In this document: positions 17,436-28,549 of the stretch, piece after piece
Position numbering within the stretch: the first letter of the stretch is position 1
Layout: each line of letters starts with the position of its first letter
Assembly: GCA_039208735.1 (NCBI GenBank)
Contig: JBCCQY010000011.1
Span: 31,563-95,562 of the forward strand
Direction of reading: 5' to 3'
From: Myxococcota bacterium
GTDB lineage: Bacteria > Myxococcota_A > UBA796 > GCA-2862545
DNA length: 64,000 nt
Position numbers and translations under genes: made by a program
The notes under the pieces: model-generated
Databases searched by the model: none
Seen by the model: only the letters and a program-made list of their open reading frames with translations
What the model was told of the DNA's origin: nothing

Positions 17436-18950
17436 TCATTTGTCGGGCAGCTTGAGTCCCTTCAGGAGGTCTCCGAACGTGCCAAAGCTGCTGGACTTGG
17501 CCTGAGACTGGTGTTGCCGCCAACCACGGTCCGCTTCGGAGGGATCGTCGAGGAGCGAGACGGTGACGCGAGACCCGTCTTCCCGCAGGATGCGGGCGGT
17601 GACCTCTCGGCCACGTCGAAAGCGCTGCGCAAGGACCGTTCCAGGGGGCAAGGCCACTTCTCCAGAGGGAAGGAAGGCCTGACGACCATCGCCCAACTGC
17701 AGAACCACGCCCGCAGGGTTGACCTCGACGACGGTACCCGTCACCTCGGCCCCCACCGGGACGACTTCCGCATCCCCAAGGACTGGCGCCAACGACAGAC
17801 GCCGCCGATCGTGATCCACCTCGAGCAAGCGCACCTGAAGCGTGTCACCCTTTTTGTAGGTACTTCCAGCGAGACGGGAGATGTGGGCCAAGCCCTCGAG
17901 ACCCGGGGCCAGCTCCACAAACACGCCAAACTCCATCGTGTTCGTGACCGTGCCCGGGTACACCCCTCCGCCCATGAATTCGGTTCCCACGGCACTCCAG
18001 GGGTCGTCCTCGAGGGCCTTCGCGGACAGGGTGAGCTTGCGGGCCACCGCATCGACATTCAGCACGATGACCTCGACCGCCTGGCCCGGCTTCACGACCT
18101 GGCGCGGATCGTCGATGCGACCCCAGCCGATCTCGGACTTTGGCACAAGGCCATCCACGCCTCCGATGTCGACAAAGAAGCCGAAGGGCTGCACCGACGT
18201 CACGAGGCCACGATGGCTCTGTCCCTCTTCGAGGGTTGGCCACAGTGCGCGAGCCTTCTCTTCGGCTTCCTTCTCTTGCAAGGCGCGTCGGGACAACACG
18301 ACGCGGTCGCCGGTCTCAAGCACCTCAAACTGGAGCACCTGGCCGATGTAGCCATCCGGGTCCACGCCCTGACGACGCGACATCTGCGAAGCGGGTACGA
18401 AGGCGCGAACCGGGCCCACGCGCACGGTAAACCCACCCTTGTTCCGCGACTCGACCTTTCCTTCCACCGGAAGGCCGGCCGCTTGCGCGTCTGCGAGGTG
18501 TTCCGCCGCGGCGGCTCCCGTGAGCTTGCTCGTGAGCAAGACGAGCCCATCGTCGGCGCGCACCACAAACGCGGTGATCTCGTCGCCTGCCTTGGCGTCC
18601 GGATCGGGAAGGTCGCCCCGTTCGAGCTGCCCCTCGGACTTGCCCCCCAGATCGATGAACGCTGTGTCCCGTCCGATGCGCGTGATTTTGCCCGTCACTT
18701 TGGTGCCGGGCTCGAGGGAGACCCGTTGGCTTGAGCCATCCATCAAGGCGGCCAGCTCGTCGGGGTTCATCGATGCGAGAAGCTCGAGATCCGACAGATC
18801 GAGCTTTCCACCCTCCACTTCGCCGGTAGCAGGTCCATCGTCCACCGGCGATGCAGCCGGCGTCTCGACCGGCGTCTCTGGTTCGGGCTTGCGCTCTGGG
18901 CGACGGGGTTGACCGGCGGGCACGCGGCGCGGCGGTTTCGGATTGGCCAT
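17436..18950 (-). CDS. Ribosomal protein S1-like multi-S1-domain protein (probable paralog)
   Basis: About five S1 repeats (FIDLGGKSEG, RAFVPASQ, FGFFVDIGGVDGLV, FGVFVELAPGLEGLAHIS) and a C-terminal FGTFGDLL. Confidence 0.85.
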   Translation of the reverse strand: MANPKPPRRVPAGQPRRPERKPEPETPVETPAASPVDDGPATGEVEGGKLDLSDLELLASMNPDELAALMDGSSQRVSLEPGTKVTGKITRIGRDTAFIDLGGKSEGQLERGDLPDPDAKAGDEITAFVVRADDGLVLLTSKLTGAAAAEHLADAQAAGLPVEGKVESRNKGGFTVRVGPVRAFVPASQMSRRQGVDPDGYIGQVLQFEVLETGDRVVLSRRALQEKEAEEKARALWPTLEEGQSHRGLVTSVQPFGFFVDIGGVDGLVPKSEIGWGRIDDPRQVVKPGQAVEVIVLNVDAVARKLTLSAKALEDDPWSAVGTEFMGGGVYPGTVTNTMEFGVFVELAPGLEGLAHISRLAGSTYKKGDTLQVRLLEVDHDRRRLSLAPVLGDAEVVPVGAEVTGTVVEVNPAGVVLQLGDGRQAFLPSGEVALPPGTVLAQRFRRGREVTARILREDGSRVTVSLLDDPSEADRGWRQHQSQAKSSSFGTFGDLLKGLKLPDK

Positions 18951-18962
18951 GGGTTCCTCGGT

Positions 18963-21099
<2,137 letters not shown>

Positions 21100-21241
21100 G
21101 GTCTTCCGAATGGGAGTTAAGGCGGCTCCCTGACCGCATAGCGGTCTCCGCTGGGCGTGAAATTCGCGCCGACGGCTTGACCCTTTGGCTGGGGTGATTC
21201 CCCTTAGCCGAACCGTAGACTGCGACGACTGCGAGGCGAGG

Positions 21242-21526
21242 GTGGAAGCAATCCTCTCAAATCCCCTGTTCCCCTTATTGATCGGAATTGGGATCTTCTA
21301 TTTTCTGGTGATCCGACCGGCCAACCAGGAACGGGAGGCCAAGGAGAAGCTCCTGGCCTCGCTAGCCAAGGATGACAAAGTCGTGACGGCCGCAGGTCTG
21401 TGGGGCACTGTGGTGAGCGTGTCCGACCACACGGTCGAACTTCAGATCGCCGACAAGGCGCGTGTGACCGTCGACAAAAGTAGCGTGGCACGTCGCCAGG
21501 GCGAGCCCGAGAAGCCCACGTCGTAG
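21242..21526 (+). CDS. yajC: Preprotein translocase subunit YajC
   Basis: N-terminal TM FYFLVIRP and LAKDDKVVTAAGLWG. Upstream of secD. Confidence 0.92.
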   Translation: MEAILSNPLFPLLIGIGIFYFLVIRPANQEREAKEKLLASLAKDDKVVTAAGLWGTVVSVSDHTVELQIADKARVTVDKSSVARRQGEPEKPTS

Positions 21527-21535
21527 GGAGACGAA

Positions 21536-23962
21536 GTGGAAAGCATGAACTGGCTTCGACTGGGCGCCATCGCGGCCCTGGTGCTGGGTTCCATCTACGT
21601 TCTATTGCCCGCCGCATTGGTGGACGACACGGATGCTCGAGTTGAGAGCTTCCAGAACGAAGTTGGCCAGCCAGAGAGCACGAAGCGACTGCCATTGACG
21701 GTGACCGCAGGCGATGCTGCGGAGGTCATCGCGGCCATCCAGACGCGTCTCGGCGTCGCCTCCGTCGACGTGGCGTCGATCGAGGCGGACGGTGATGAGG
21801 GTCTGGTCATCGACCTAGGGGATGCCTCGTTCGACACCGTTTCGGGGTTGCTCGGCAAGCCTGGCGCGGCCGTGGTCGTCGCATTGGACGACCTTTCGGT
21901 CGACGAACAGGACGATGACAGCGTTTCCGACGCGGTCAAGGAGGCGGTGGAGGCAGCAGGGCTTCCGGTGGATGCGACGTCCAAGAAGCTCGGTGCCGTC
22001 GTGCGAGCCGTGGCTCTCGACGACCTTGCACTTGCGGAACTCCAGAGTCGAGCCGTCATGGGGTTGCAGCAAGCGGAGGCCGAGGACGGCAAGCCCGCGT
22101 CGCTCGTGGCGGTTCTCGCGCCCAGCGACGACGAAGCGACGGCGAAGGCCCGCGTGCTGCTCATCAATGGCAAGCCCGCGGGCCTCGTGCTTGAAGAGGA
22201 TGCGGTGGTGCCGTTGACCGATGCGGTCCGCCCTGACTTGGCGAAGTTGGTTTCGCTGGCAGGTACGGTCTCGCCGAAACGCAGCAAGACCGTCAAGACC
22301 GAAGCCGTCGAAGATGACTCGCTTGAGAATGTTCCGCCTTGGCTTGCGGCCATCCTCCCCGACACCCAGGTCAACCTGGGCCTTGACCTGCAGGGAGGCA
22401 TCGACCTCACGTTGCAGGTCGAACTCGATGCGGCGGTCCTCAACCAGGCCAAGCGCGACACCCAGGGCCTTGTGGAGAAGGCCAAAGAGGATGACCTGAT
22501 CCTCGATTCGGTGACTCGAATGTTCGGTGAGCCCACCCTCGAGGTGGTTTCCGACGCTGAACTCGGCAAGATCACCACCTTCATGCGGAACCAGCTCGGG
22601 GCCCAGAACTACCAGTACGTCGAGTCCGACGGCACGACCCACCGCTATGAGATGACCGACGAACGGCGCGCCGAGGTCGAAGAGCAGTCGATGAACCAGG
22701 TGCTCGAAACGCTGCGGAAGCGGATCGACGCCACCGGCGTCAAGGAGCCTGCCATCGTCCGCAAAGGCAGCGGCCGCATCAATGTGCAGCTGCCAGGCCT
22801 CGAAGACCCCAAGGTAGCCCTCGACGTCATCGGTCAGGCTGCGGTCCTCGAATTCCATATGGTCGACATGGAGTTTGACGACGCTCTGCTCGAAGAGGTC
22901 CTCGACAGTGCTCAGGACCAGCTTCCCCAAAGCGAGTTCTTCGACGACGAGCTGCTGAACAAGTGGCTACACGACACGGGGCGCCTCGACCGCGACCGCA
23001 TCGTGTTGTGGAGCGAGCCCGGCAACGAAGAACAATGGGCCGGTGCGGTCGACATTTGGCCGCGTGAACTCAACAACGATGGGGTTCTTGAAGCAGCCCC
23101 CATGGTCCTCTTCGATAAGATCGAGTTGACCGGCAACGACATCAACGATGCTGGGGTCGGATTTGACCAGAACAACCAGGCCGGCGTTTCCATCGACTTC
23201 AAGCCGCGCGGCGGACAGGTCTTCTGCGACCTCACCAAGGATGCGGTAGGTCAGCGGTTCGCCATTGTGCTTGACCGCATCATCATGAGCGCGCCGAGCA
23301 TTCGGGAGCGCATCTGCGGCGGGTCGGCTCGGATCGACATGAATGCTTCCGTCGATCCCCTCTCGGAGTCCAAGGCGTTGGCGCTGGTGCTACGCACGGG
23401 GGCCCTCGACGCACCGGTGGTGGTAGCCAGTGTCAGTCAGGTCGGAGCCTCGCTAGGGGCCGACGCGATTCGGGCCGGGGCGACGGGAGCCGTCGTCGGG
23501 GTGCTCATCGTGCTGCTCTTCATGGCCCTGTGGTACCGGACGGCGGGACTCATCGCGGATTTCGCCATCGTCGTGAACATTTTGCTCGTCCTCGCGGCCC
23601 TCGCGAGCTTCGGCGCGACGCTCACGCTCCCCGGTATTGCTGGTATTGCCTTGACCGTTGGTATGGCGGTCGACGCCAACATCATCATCTACGAGCGAGT
23701 CCGCGAGGAGCTACGGCTCGGCGTACAGCCTCGCAAGGCGGTGGATGTGGGCTTCGAAAAGGCGGTGGTGGCGGTTCTTGACGCCAACATCACCACGGCC
23801 ATCGCCGGTATCGTCCTGTACTCGTACGGCACGGGGCCCATCAAGGGCTTCGCCGTCACCCTGCTCATTGGGATCGGCACCACCCTGGTGACCGCTCTCT
23901 TCGTCACCCGAACGATCATGGAGCTCGTCACGCGCAGCTCCACGGCCCGTCTGCGGATCTGA
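21536..23962 (+). CDS. secD: Protein translocase subunit SecD (extended N-terminal periplasmic region)
   Basis: LGLDLQGG, LTLPGIAGIALTVGMAVDANIIIYERVREE, DANITT and GPIKGFAVTL. Confidence 0.96.
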   Translation: MESMNWLRLGAIAALVLGSIYVLLPAALVDDTDARVESFQNEVGQPESTKRLPLTVTAGDAAEVIAAIQTRLGVASVDVASIEADGDEGLVIDLGDASFDTVSGLLGKPGAAVVVALDDLSVDEQDDDSVSDAVKEAVEAAGLPVDATSKKLGAVVRAVALDDLALAELQSRAVMGLQQAEAEDGKPASLVAVLAPSDDEATAKARVLLINGKPAGLVLEEDAVVPLTDAVRPDLAKLVSLAGTVSPKRSKTVKTEAVEDDSLENVPPWLAAILPDTQVNLGLDLQGGIDLTLQVELDAAVLNQAKRDTQGLVEKAKEDDLILDSVTRMFGEPTLEVVSDAELGKITTFMRNQLGAQNYQYVESDGTTHRYEMTDERRAEVEEQSMNQVLETLRKRIDATGVKEPAIVRKGSGRINVQLPGLEDPKVALDVIGQAAVLEFHMVDMEFDDALLEEVLDSAQDQLPQSEFFDDELLNKWLHDTGRLDRDRIVLWSEPGNEEQWAGAVDIWPRELNNDGVLEAAPMVLFDKIELTGNDINDAGVGFDQNNQAGVSIDFKPRGGQVFCDLTKDAVGQRFAIVLDRIIMSAPSIRERICGGSARIDMNASVDPLSESKALALVLRTGALDAPVVVASVSQVGASLGADAIRAGATGAVVGVLIVLLFMALWYRTAGLIADFAIVVNILLVLAALASFGATLTLPGIAGIALTVGMAVDANIIIYERVREELRLGVQPRKAVDVGFEKAVVAVLDANITTAIAGIVLYSYGTGPIKGFAVTLLIGIGTTLVTALFVTRTIMELVTRSSTARLRI

Positions 23963-23969
23963 GGCGAAC

Positions 23970-25223
23970 ATGTTCGAAGAGATCAAACGGCGACTCGACG
24001 GGTTCGAATTCGACTTCGTCTCGTTGCGGAATCGACTGGGCGCCGCGAGTGCCATCTTGGTGGCTCTGTCGTGGGTGTTGTTCGCGGCGATTGGCCCGAA
24101 TTGGGGCATCGACTTTACAGGCGGCACCCAGATCCAGCTGAAGTTTGCAGAGCCCATTGAGATCGGCGAGATGCGTCGCGCGCTGACGACGATCGGGGTG
24201 GCTGGCGACTCCATTCAGTCGGTCAACGGCGAGGATTCGGGCGAGTTTATCGTGCGGATCCAAGACCCTCGCTTTGGGATGGAGGGTCTGGAGGACGACG
24301 TCCGCAACGCTCTCGAATCGACCTTCGGCAACGACTTCGTCGATGGCGAGATCCAGTCGAGCGTCGAGGTCTCGGCGCGCTTCGTGGTGAATTACAACGG
24401 CGAGCCTCGACCGTTCCAGGAGTTGGGCAAGGAACTCGAAGGAGCGCTGCCCCAGCTGTCCGCGGTGGGACCGGGGAGCGACGAGAATCAGATCGTCCTC
24501 ACCGTGGGAGGGATTGATCAGCGCATTAAGGCGCGAATCAAGGAGGCCATCAATCAGCCGTTCGAGGTGACCGAGTTGTCGGCGGTGGGGCCCAAGGTGG
24601 GCGGTGAACTCCGTCGCCAGGGCTTCATCTCGATTGCCGCGACCTTGGCCCTGGTGCTGCTGTACGTGGCCTTCAGGTTCGACGTGGGCTTTGCCCCAGG
24701 AGCGGTGGTGGCGTTGTTCCACGACGTGTCACTGACCGTCGGGGTCTTCGTCGCCCTGCAGCTCGAATTCAACCTGCCCATGATCGGCGCCCTGCTCACC
24801 ATTGTCGGGTACTCGCTCAACGACACGATCGTCATTTACGACCGCATTCGCGAGAATCGCGAGCGTCACCGACGAACCGACCTGCCCGGCCTCATCAACG
24901 TCTCCATTAGCGAGACGTTGACGCGAACCGTCGCAACGTCGCTCACCACGATGCTCGCCATCATCGCCTTCCTCGCCATCGGCGGCCCGGTCATCCGGAA
25001 CTTCGCGTTCGCCATGCTGCTCGGCATCGTCTTTGGTACCTACTCGACGATCTTCGTGGCATCGCCCATGATTCTTGTCATGGAGCGGGTCAAGCCCTAC
25101 CTCCAGCAGCTCATCGCGATCAACGAAGAAGAAGAGGACGATGACGGCGGTCCGCCCATGACCGAAAGCGAGAAGCGTCGCCGGGCCCGCGAAGAGGCCG
25201 AGCGCCCCGATGCTCCGGCTTAG
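23970..25223 (+). CDS. secF: Protein translocase subunit SecF
   Basis: GIDFTGG, VGPKVG, HDV, GYSLNDTIVIYDRIREN and GTYSTIFVA. Confidence 0.96.
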   Translation: MFEEIKRRLDGFEFDFVSLRNRLGAASAILVALSWVLFAAIGPNWGIDFTGGTQIQLKFAEPIEIGEMRRALTTIGVAGDSIQSVNGEDSGEFIVRIQDPRFGMEGLEDDVRNALESTFGNDFVDGEIQSSVEVSARFVVNYNGEPRPFQELGKELEGALPQLSAVGPGSDENQIVLTVGGIDQRIKARIKEAINQPFEVTELSAVGPKVGGELRRQGFISIAATLALVLLYVAFRFDVGFAPGAVVALFHDVSLTVGVFVALQLEFNLPMIGALLTIVGYSLNDTIVIYDRIRENRERHRRTDLPGLINVSISETLTRTVATSLTTMLAIIAFLAIGGPVIRNFAFAMLLGIVFGTYSTIFVASPMILVMERVKPYLQQLIAINEEEEDDDGGPPMTESEKRRRAREEAERPDAPA

Positions 25224-25621
25224 TCTTCGTGGGCTAAGCGAGCGATGAGTCGCTCACAGACCGCGCGGAGCAAGGAGTAGTTCTTGTTCCGCGCGGGACA
25301 GTGCTCCTCTTCGTAGTCGAGCACCACGAGCCACGATCGCTGGTGCTCAACGCTGTTGTAGGGATGTTGGTAGGCCGCGGCGGCGAGGTCGCGGAGCGTG
25401 GCGTCCGCATCTTCCGGCAAATGGGGCGCCCGGGAGACCGGCGTGCAGCCAGGCTTGAAGTGCTCTTCGACCCGCTGCCGGACGAGCTGGGGAAACGACT
25501 GCCATCGTCGAAAGAAGAGGTCGGCCATGGCCTTAGCGGCAGCGCGGGTTTCGATGCGCCCATTGCGGGCCTGATGTTCCGCCATCAAGAAGCGTTCGAA
25601 GGTCGAAACGGGATCGCCCAT
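25220..25621 (-). CDS. Hypothetical protein
   Basis: 133 aa ORF filling the gap between secF and the hydrolase gene, with protein-like composition. Confidence 0.55.
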   Translation of the reverse strand: MGDPVSTFERFLMAEHQARNGRIETRAAAKAMADLFFRRWQSFPQLVRQRVEEHFKPGCTPVSRAPHLPEDADATLRDLAAAAYQHPYNSVEHQRSWLVVLDYEEEHCPARNKNYSLLRAVCERLIARLAHED

Positions 25622-25657
25622 CCGCGATTCGTACCGACCCCACCGCGGGTCGTCGAA

Positions 25658-26383
25658 TCAGCGGTGGGTGGCGAGGAACTCGCGGACCTGGGTCTGCACG
25701 GCGTCCGCGTGGTGTGGGGCCTTCCATTCGCGAACAAAGGTGACGTGAGGCAGCTGTTCTGCGAGAAGTTCCGAGACATCTAGAGGATGGAAGGAATCGT
25801 TGCCGGCGAACAAGAGTACCGGGGTTCGAATGGCGGCTGCCTCATCGGGGGTCACGGTGAAGACGAAGGTCCCACCGAACATCGCGGCGCGAAACCGTTG
25901 CCATCGATCCTCGTCGGCTTCGGGATGGTCGGCCTCGATCTCGGATCGCCAGGCGTCGAATCGCTGATCGAGCGCATCCTGGTTCTCACTCTTGCCAAGG
26001 GGCTGAAACAGTACGGCGGCGGCCACCTGCTCGGCTCTCGCGCGGCAAAGCGCAAGCCCGTAAGGACCCCCAATGCACATGCCGAGGACTGCGAAGCGCG
26101 GAAGGTTCAGGTGGTCCACCAGCGCCAATTGATCGGCGAGGTACGTCGACCAGTCGTGATCGGGCTCGATCGGACCCTTCGATGCACCTGCGTTGCGCTG
26201 ATCCATCGCGATCAGGCGCACCCGGTCAAGGTAGCCGTGGGGGTCGATCCACCCACGTTGCCAGGCTTGAATGGTCGAAGTCATCCCCCCGGGGGCAAGC
26301 AACAAAACCGGGAAGGCATCGGGGGAACCCGTGATCTGGTAGTGGAGGACTACGTCTCGGGACGTGTCGTGAAAGCTCGGCAT
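25658..26383 (-). CDS. Alpha/beta hydrolase with Cys at the nucleophile elbow
   Basis: LLLAPGG, MDQRNAG, GMCIGG and GNDSFHP. Confidence 0.82.
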   Translation of the reverse strand: MPSFHDTSRDVVLHYQITGSPDAFPVLLLAPGGMTSTIQAWQRGWIDPHGYLDRVRLIAMDQRNAGASKGPIEPDHDWSTYLADQLALVDHLNLPRFAVLGMCIGGPYGLALCRARAEQVAAAVLFQPLGKSENQDALDQRFDAWRSEIEADHPEADEDRWQRFRAAMFGGTFVFTVTPDEAAAIRTPVLLFAGNDSFHPLDVSELLAEQLPHVTFVREWKAPHHADAVQTQVREFLATHR

Positions 26384-26526
26384 GCGGGGAGCATACCCGT
26401 CGTGGGGCCTGAAGCACGAACCGCGATGTGCCGATACGGAAGCCAGGGGGAATCACGGGTGTCGGCCATGCCACCACCGCACGATCACCTGGTTGCGCCC
26501 GAGCCCACGAGCCGTCGGGGGAGGAT

Positions 26527-28545
26527 ATGCTGCCGCCCGGAGTGCCTACGGGAGCCGAAGTGAGCGCATCGAGCGACGATCTCTCGCATTCGGAACACCG
26601 ATTCCAGATTCACAGCTGCCTGGGGCGCGGCGGATTTGGAGAGGTGTACCGAGCGGTGATGATCAGCCCCGGTGGGGTGCGGTCAGAAGTGGCGGTCAAG
26701 GTACTCCGGGCCGACATCGACCCGGGGTCTGAGGCGGTGGCCCGCTTGCGGGATGAGGGCCGTGTCCTCGGCGCCATTCGGCATCCTTCGATCCTCCATG
26801 TCCACGATTTGGTCTTGTTGGAAGGCCGGGTGGCGCTGGTCACCGAGTACGTCGAGGGGCAGGATCTCGACCGATGCATCGTCGCCGAGCCTTCTTTGCC
26901 CCCTCGTGCGCTGGTCATGGCGTTGTCAGACGTGGCCTCGGCCCTCGATGCGGCATGGTCCTCTCGTTCGCCGATCACGGGCCATCCCATTGAGCTGGTC
27001 CACCGTGACATCAAGCCAGCCAACATTCGGCTCGGCCGGCACGGGGAAGTGAAGCTTCTCGACTTTGGCGTTGCGCGGGCCGTCGACATGCAGCGCGAAG
27101 CCCATACTGCCGATCACGCCATGATGGGCAGCTACCTCTACATGGCGCCGGAGCGGTTTGCCGACGATATCGTAGAGCCCGCTTCTGACATGTTCGCGCT
27201 GGGCTGTGTGCTGTACGAAGGCCTGGCTCGCCAGCGCTACTTCCACGGCATGAGCCTCAAGACGATCTACGGGGTCATGCTTTCGAACCGAAAGCTGCAG
27301 TTTCACCAGGACCAGCGGATTCAGGCCCTGCCCCCCTTGCATGAGGACCTCGAACTCCTCCTGCGCGATCTGTTGGCGGCGGACCCAGATCAACGGCCTA
27401 GTCCGGCTGAAGTCGCGCGGCGTGGTGAAGATCTAGCCGATGACCTGACCGGAAGTTCCTTGAAGCGGTGGGCTCGCCTGCGGGAGTGGCCGGCGGAGCC
27501 TCCGAACGTGGCAGGGTCGCTCGATGAAGGTCAGGAACTCGTGGCCCAGGGCTACCCGGAGCGCACGCCAGCCGCCGCCCAGACCCCGGCTCCCAGGCCG
27601 CTGCGCACCCTTCCCCCCAATGTGAGGCTCACGCCGCCTCCGGTGAAAGAAAAGCGCCGTCCCCCAACCCCAGTCGAAGCACAGGACACCGACATTAGGC
27701 CCGTTCCTGAGCCACTCGACGCGCCCGCGGCGCTCGCTGCGATCGCGGACGTCGCCGAGGCGGTGCCGGCGACGGTCAGCGTGATCGACGAAGACTTGGA
27801 TGACGTTGGCCTCGATGAGCCAGGGGATGAATCGCTCGACCCCGACACCGAGGAAGCGGAAGAACCCGAACCGATCCCCTACTTCGAGGTCAGCGACGTC
27901 CATGTGCCGCCCGAGCCCATTCCCGAGGTGGGCTTGGATTCCATTGACGATGCGATCGTTCAGCTGCGCCAGGACCGTACTCGTTCCGTGATGTGGGGCA
28001 TCACGGCGATCGTGTTGGTGTTGGCTGCAGGTGTGGCCCTCGCTTGGATGCTCTTTGGGGAAGAGTTCATGGAAGAGGTCGAGGTCAACATGGCCTCAGG
28101 CGAGGTTCGGAGGCCGTTGACGAACGATCCCCGGCCCGTGGTACCGCTCCCCATCACGCCGGAGGCCGCAGCCGCCGCGCAAGCGCCCGAACCTGCTCCT
28201 GAACCCGAACCCGCTCCGGAGCCCGAACCCGCTCCGGAGCCGGAAGCCACTCCGGAGCCCGAACCCACTCCGGAGCCCGAGCCCGACGTGGAGAGCATCC
28301 ACAAAGCTGGCTGGGCAGCTGTTGATCGGGGTGAATTCAGCAAGGCCCTTGGGTTGTTCGACGAGGCGGTCGAACGTGATCCGAATCATCCCGATGGGTT
28401 GTACGGGCGGGGCTATACGCTGATGAAGCAGGGCAAGGAGGAAGAGGCCAGCGACGCTCTATGCGCCGCGATCGAAGTCGCGAGCGCATCGCTACGCCGA
28501 GAAGTCCGCAGCATCATGCAGGGCAACGGGTTGTCCTGCCCCTGA
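26527..28545 (+). CDS. Membrane Ser/Thr protein kinase with C-terminal TPR
   Basis: GRGGFG, VAVK, HRDIKPAN, DFG and YMAPE motifs, then an acidic Pro-rich linker, a TM helix and a TPR. GGAGG RBS. Confidence 0.92.
   Translation: MLPPGVPTGAEVSASSDDLSHSEHRFQIHSCLGRGGFGEVYRAVMISPGGVRSEVAVKVLRADIDPGSEAVARLRDEGRVLGAIRHPSILHVHDLVLLEGRVALVTEYVEGQDLDRCIVAEPSLPPRALVMALSDVASALDAAWSSRSPITGHPIELVHRDIKPANIRLGRHGEVKLLDFGVARAVDMQREAHTADHAMMGSYLYMAPERFADDIVEPASDMFALGCVLYEGLARQRYFHGMSLKTIYGVMLSNRKLQFHQDQRIQALPPLHEDLELLLRDLLAADPDQRPSPAEVARRGEDLADDLTGSSLKRWARLREWPAEPPNVAGSLDEGQELVAQGYPERTPAAAQTPAPRPLRTLPPNVRLTPPPVKEKRRPPTPVEAQDTDIRPVPEPLDAPAALAAIADVAEAVPATVSVIDEDLDDVGLDEPGDESLDPDTEEAEEPEPIPYFEVSDVHVPPEPIPEVGLDSIDDAIVQLRQDRTRSVMWGITAIVLVLAAGVALAWMLFGEEFMEEVEVNMASGEVRRPLTNDPRPVVPLPITPEAAAAAQAPEPAPEPEPAPEPEPAPEPEATPEPEPTPEPEPDVESIHKAGWAAVDRGEFSKALGLFDEAVERDPNHPDGLYGRGYTLMKQGKEEEASDALCAAIEVASASLRREVRSIMQGNGLSCP
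28186..28284 (+). repeat. 18-bp tandem repeat (about 5.5 copies) encoding a PEPAPE-type linker
   Basis: Unit consensus CCCGAACCC(G/A)CTCCGGAG, within the kinase CDS. Confidence 0.9.
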
Positions 28546-28549
28546 CGGT

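Noticed and set aside
28186..28284. Tandem repeat as a CRISPR array or regulatory repeat
   Set aside because: The units are 18 bp, in frame and without spacers, and encode a Pro/Glu linker.
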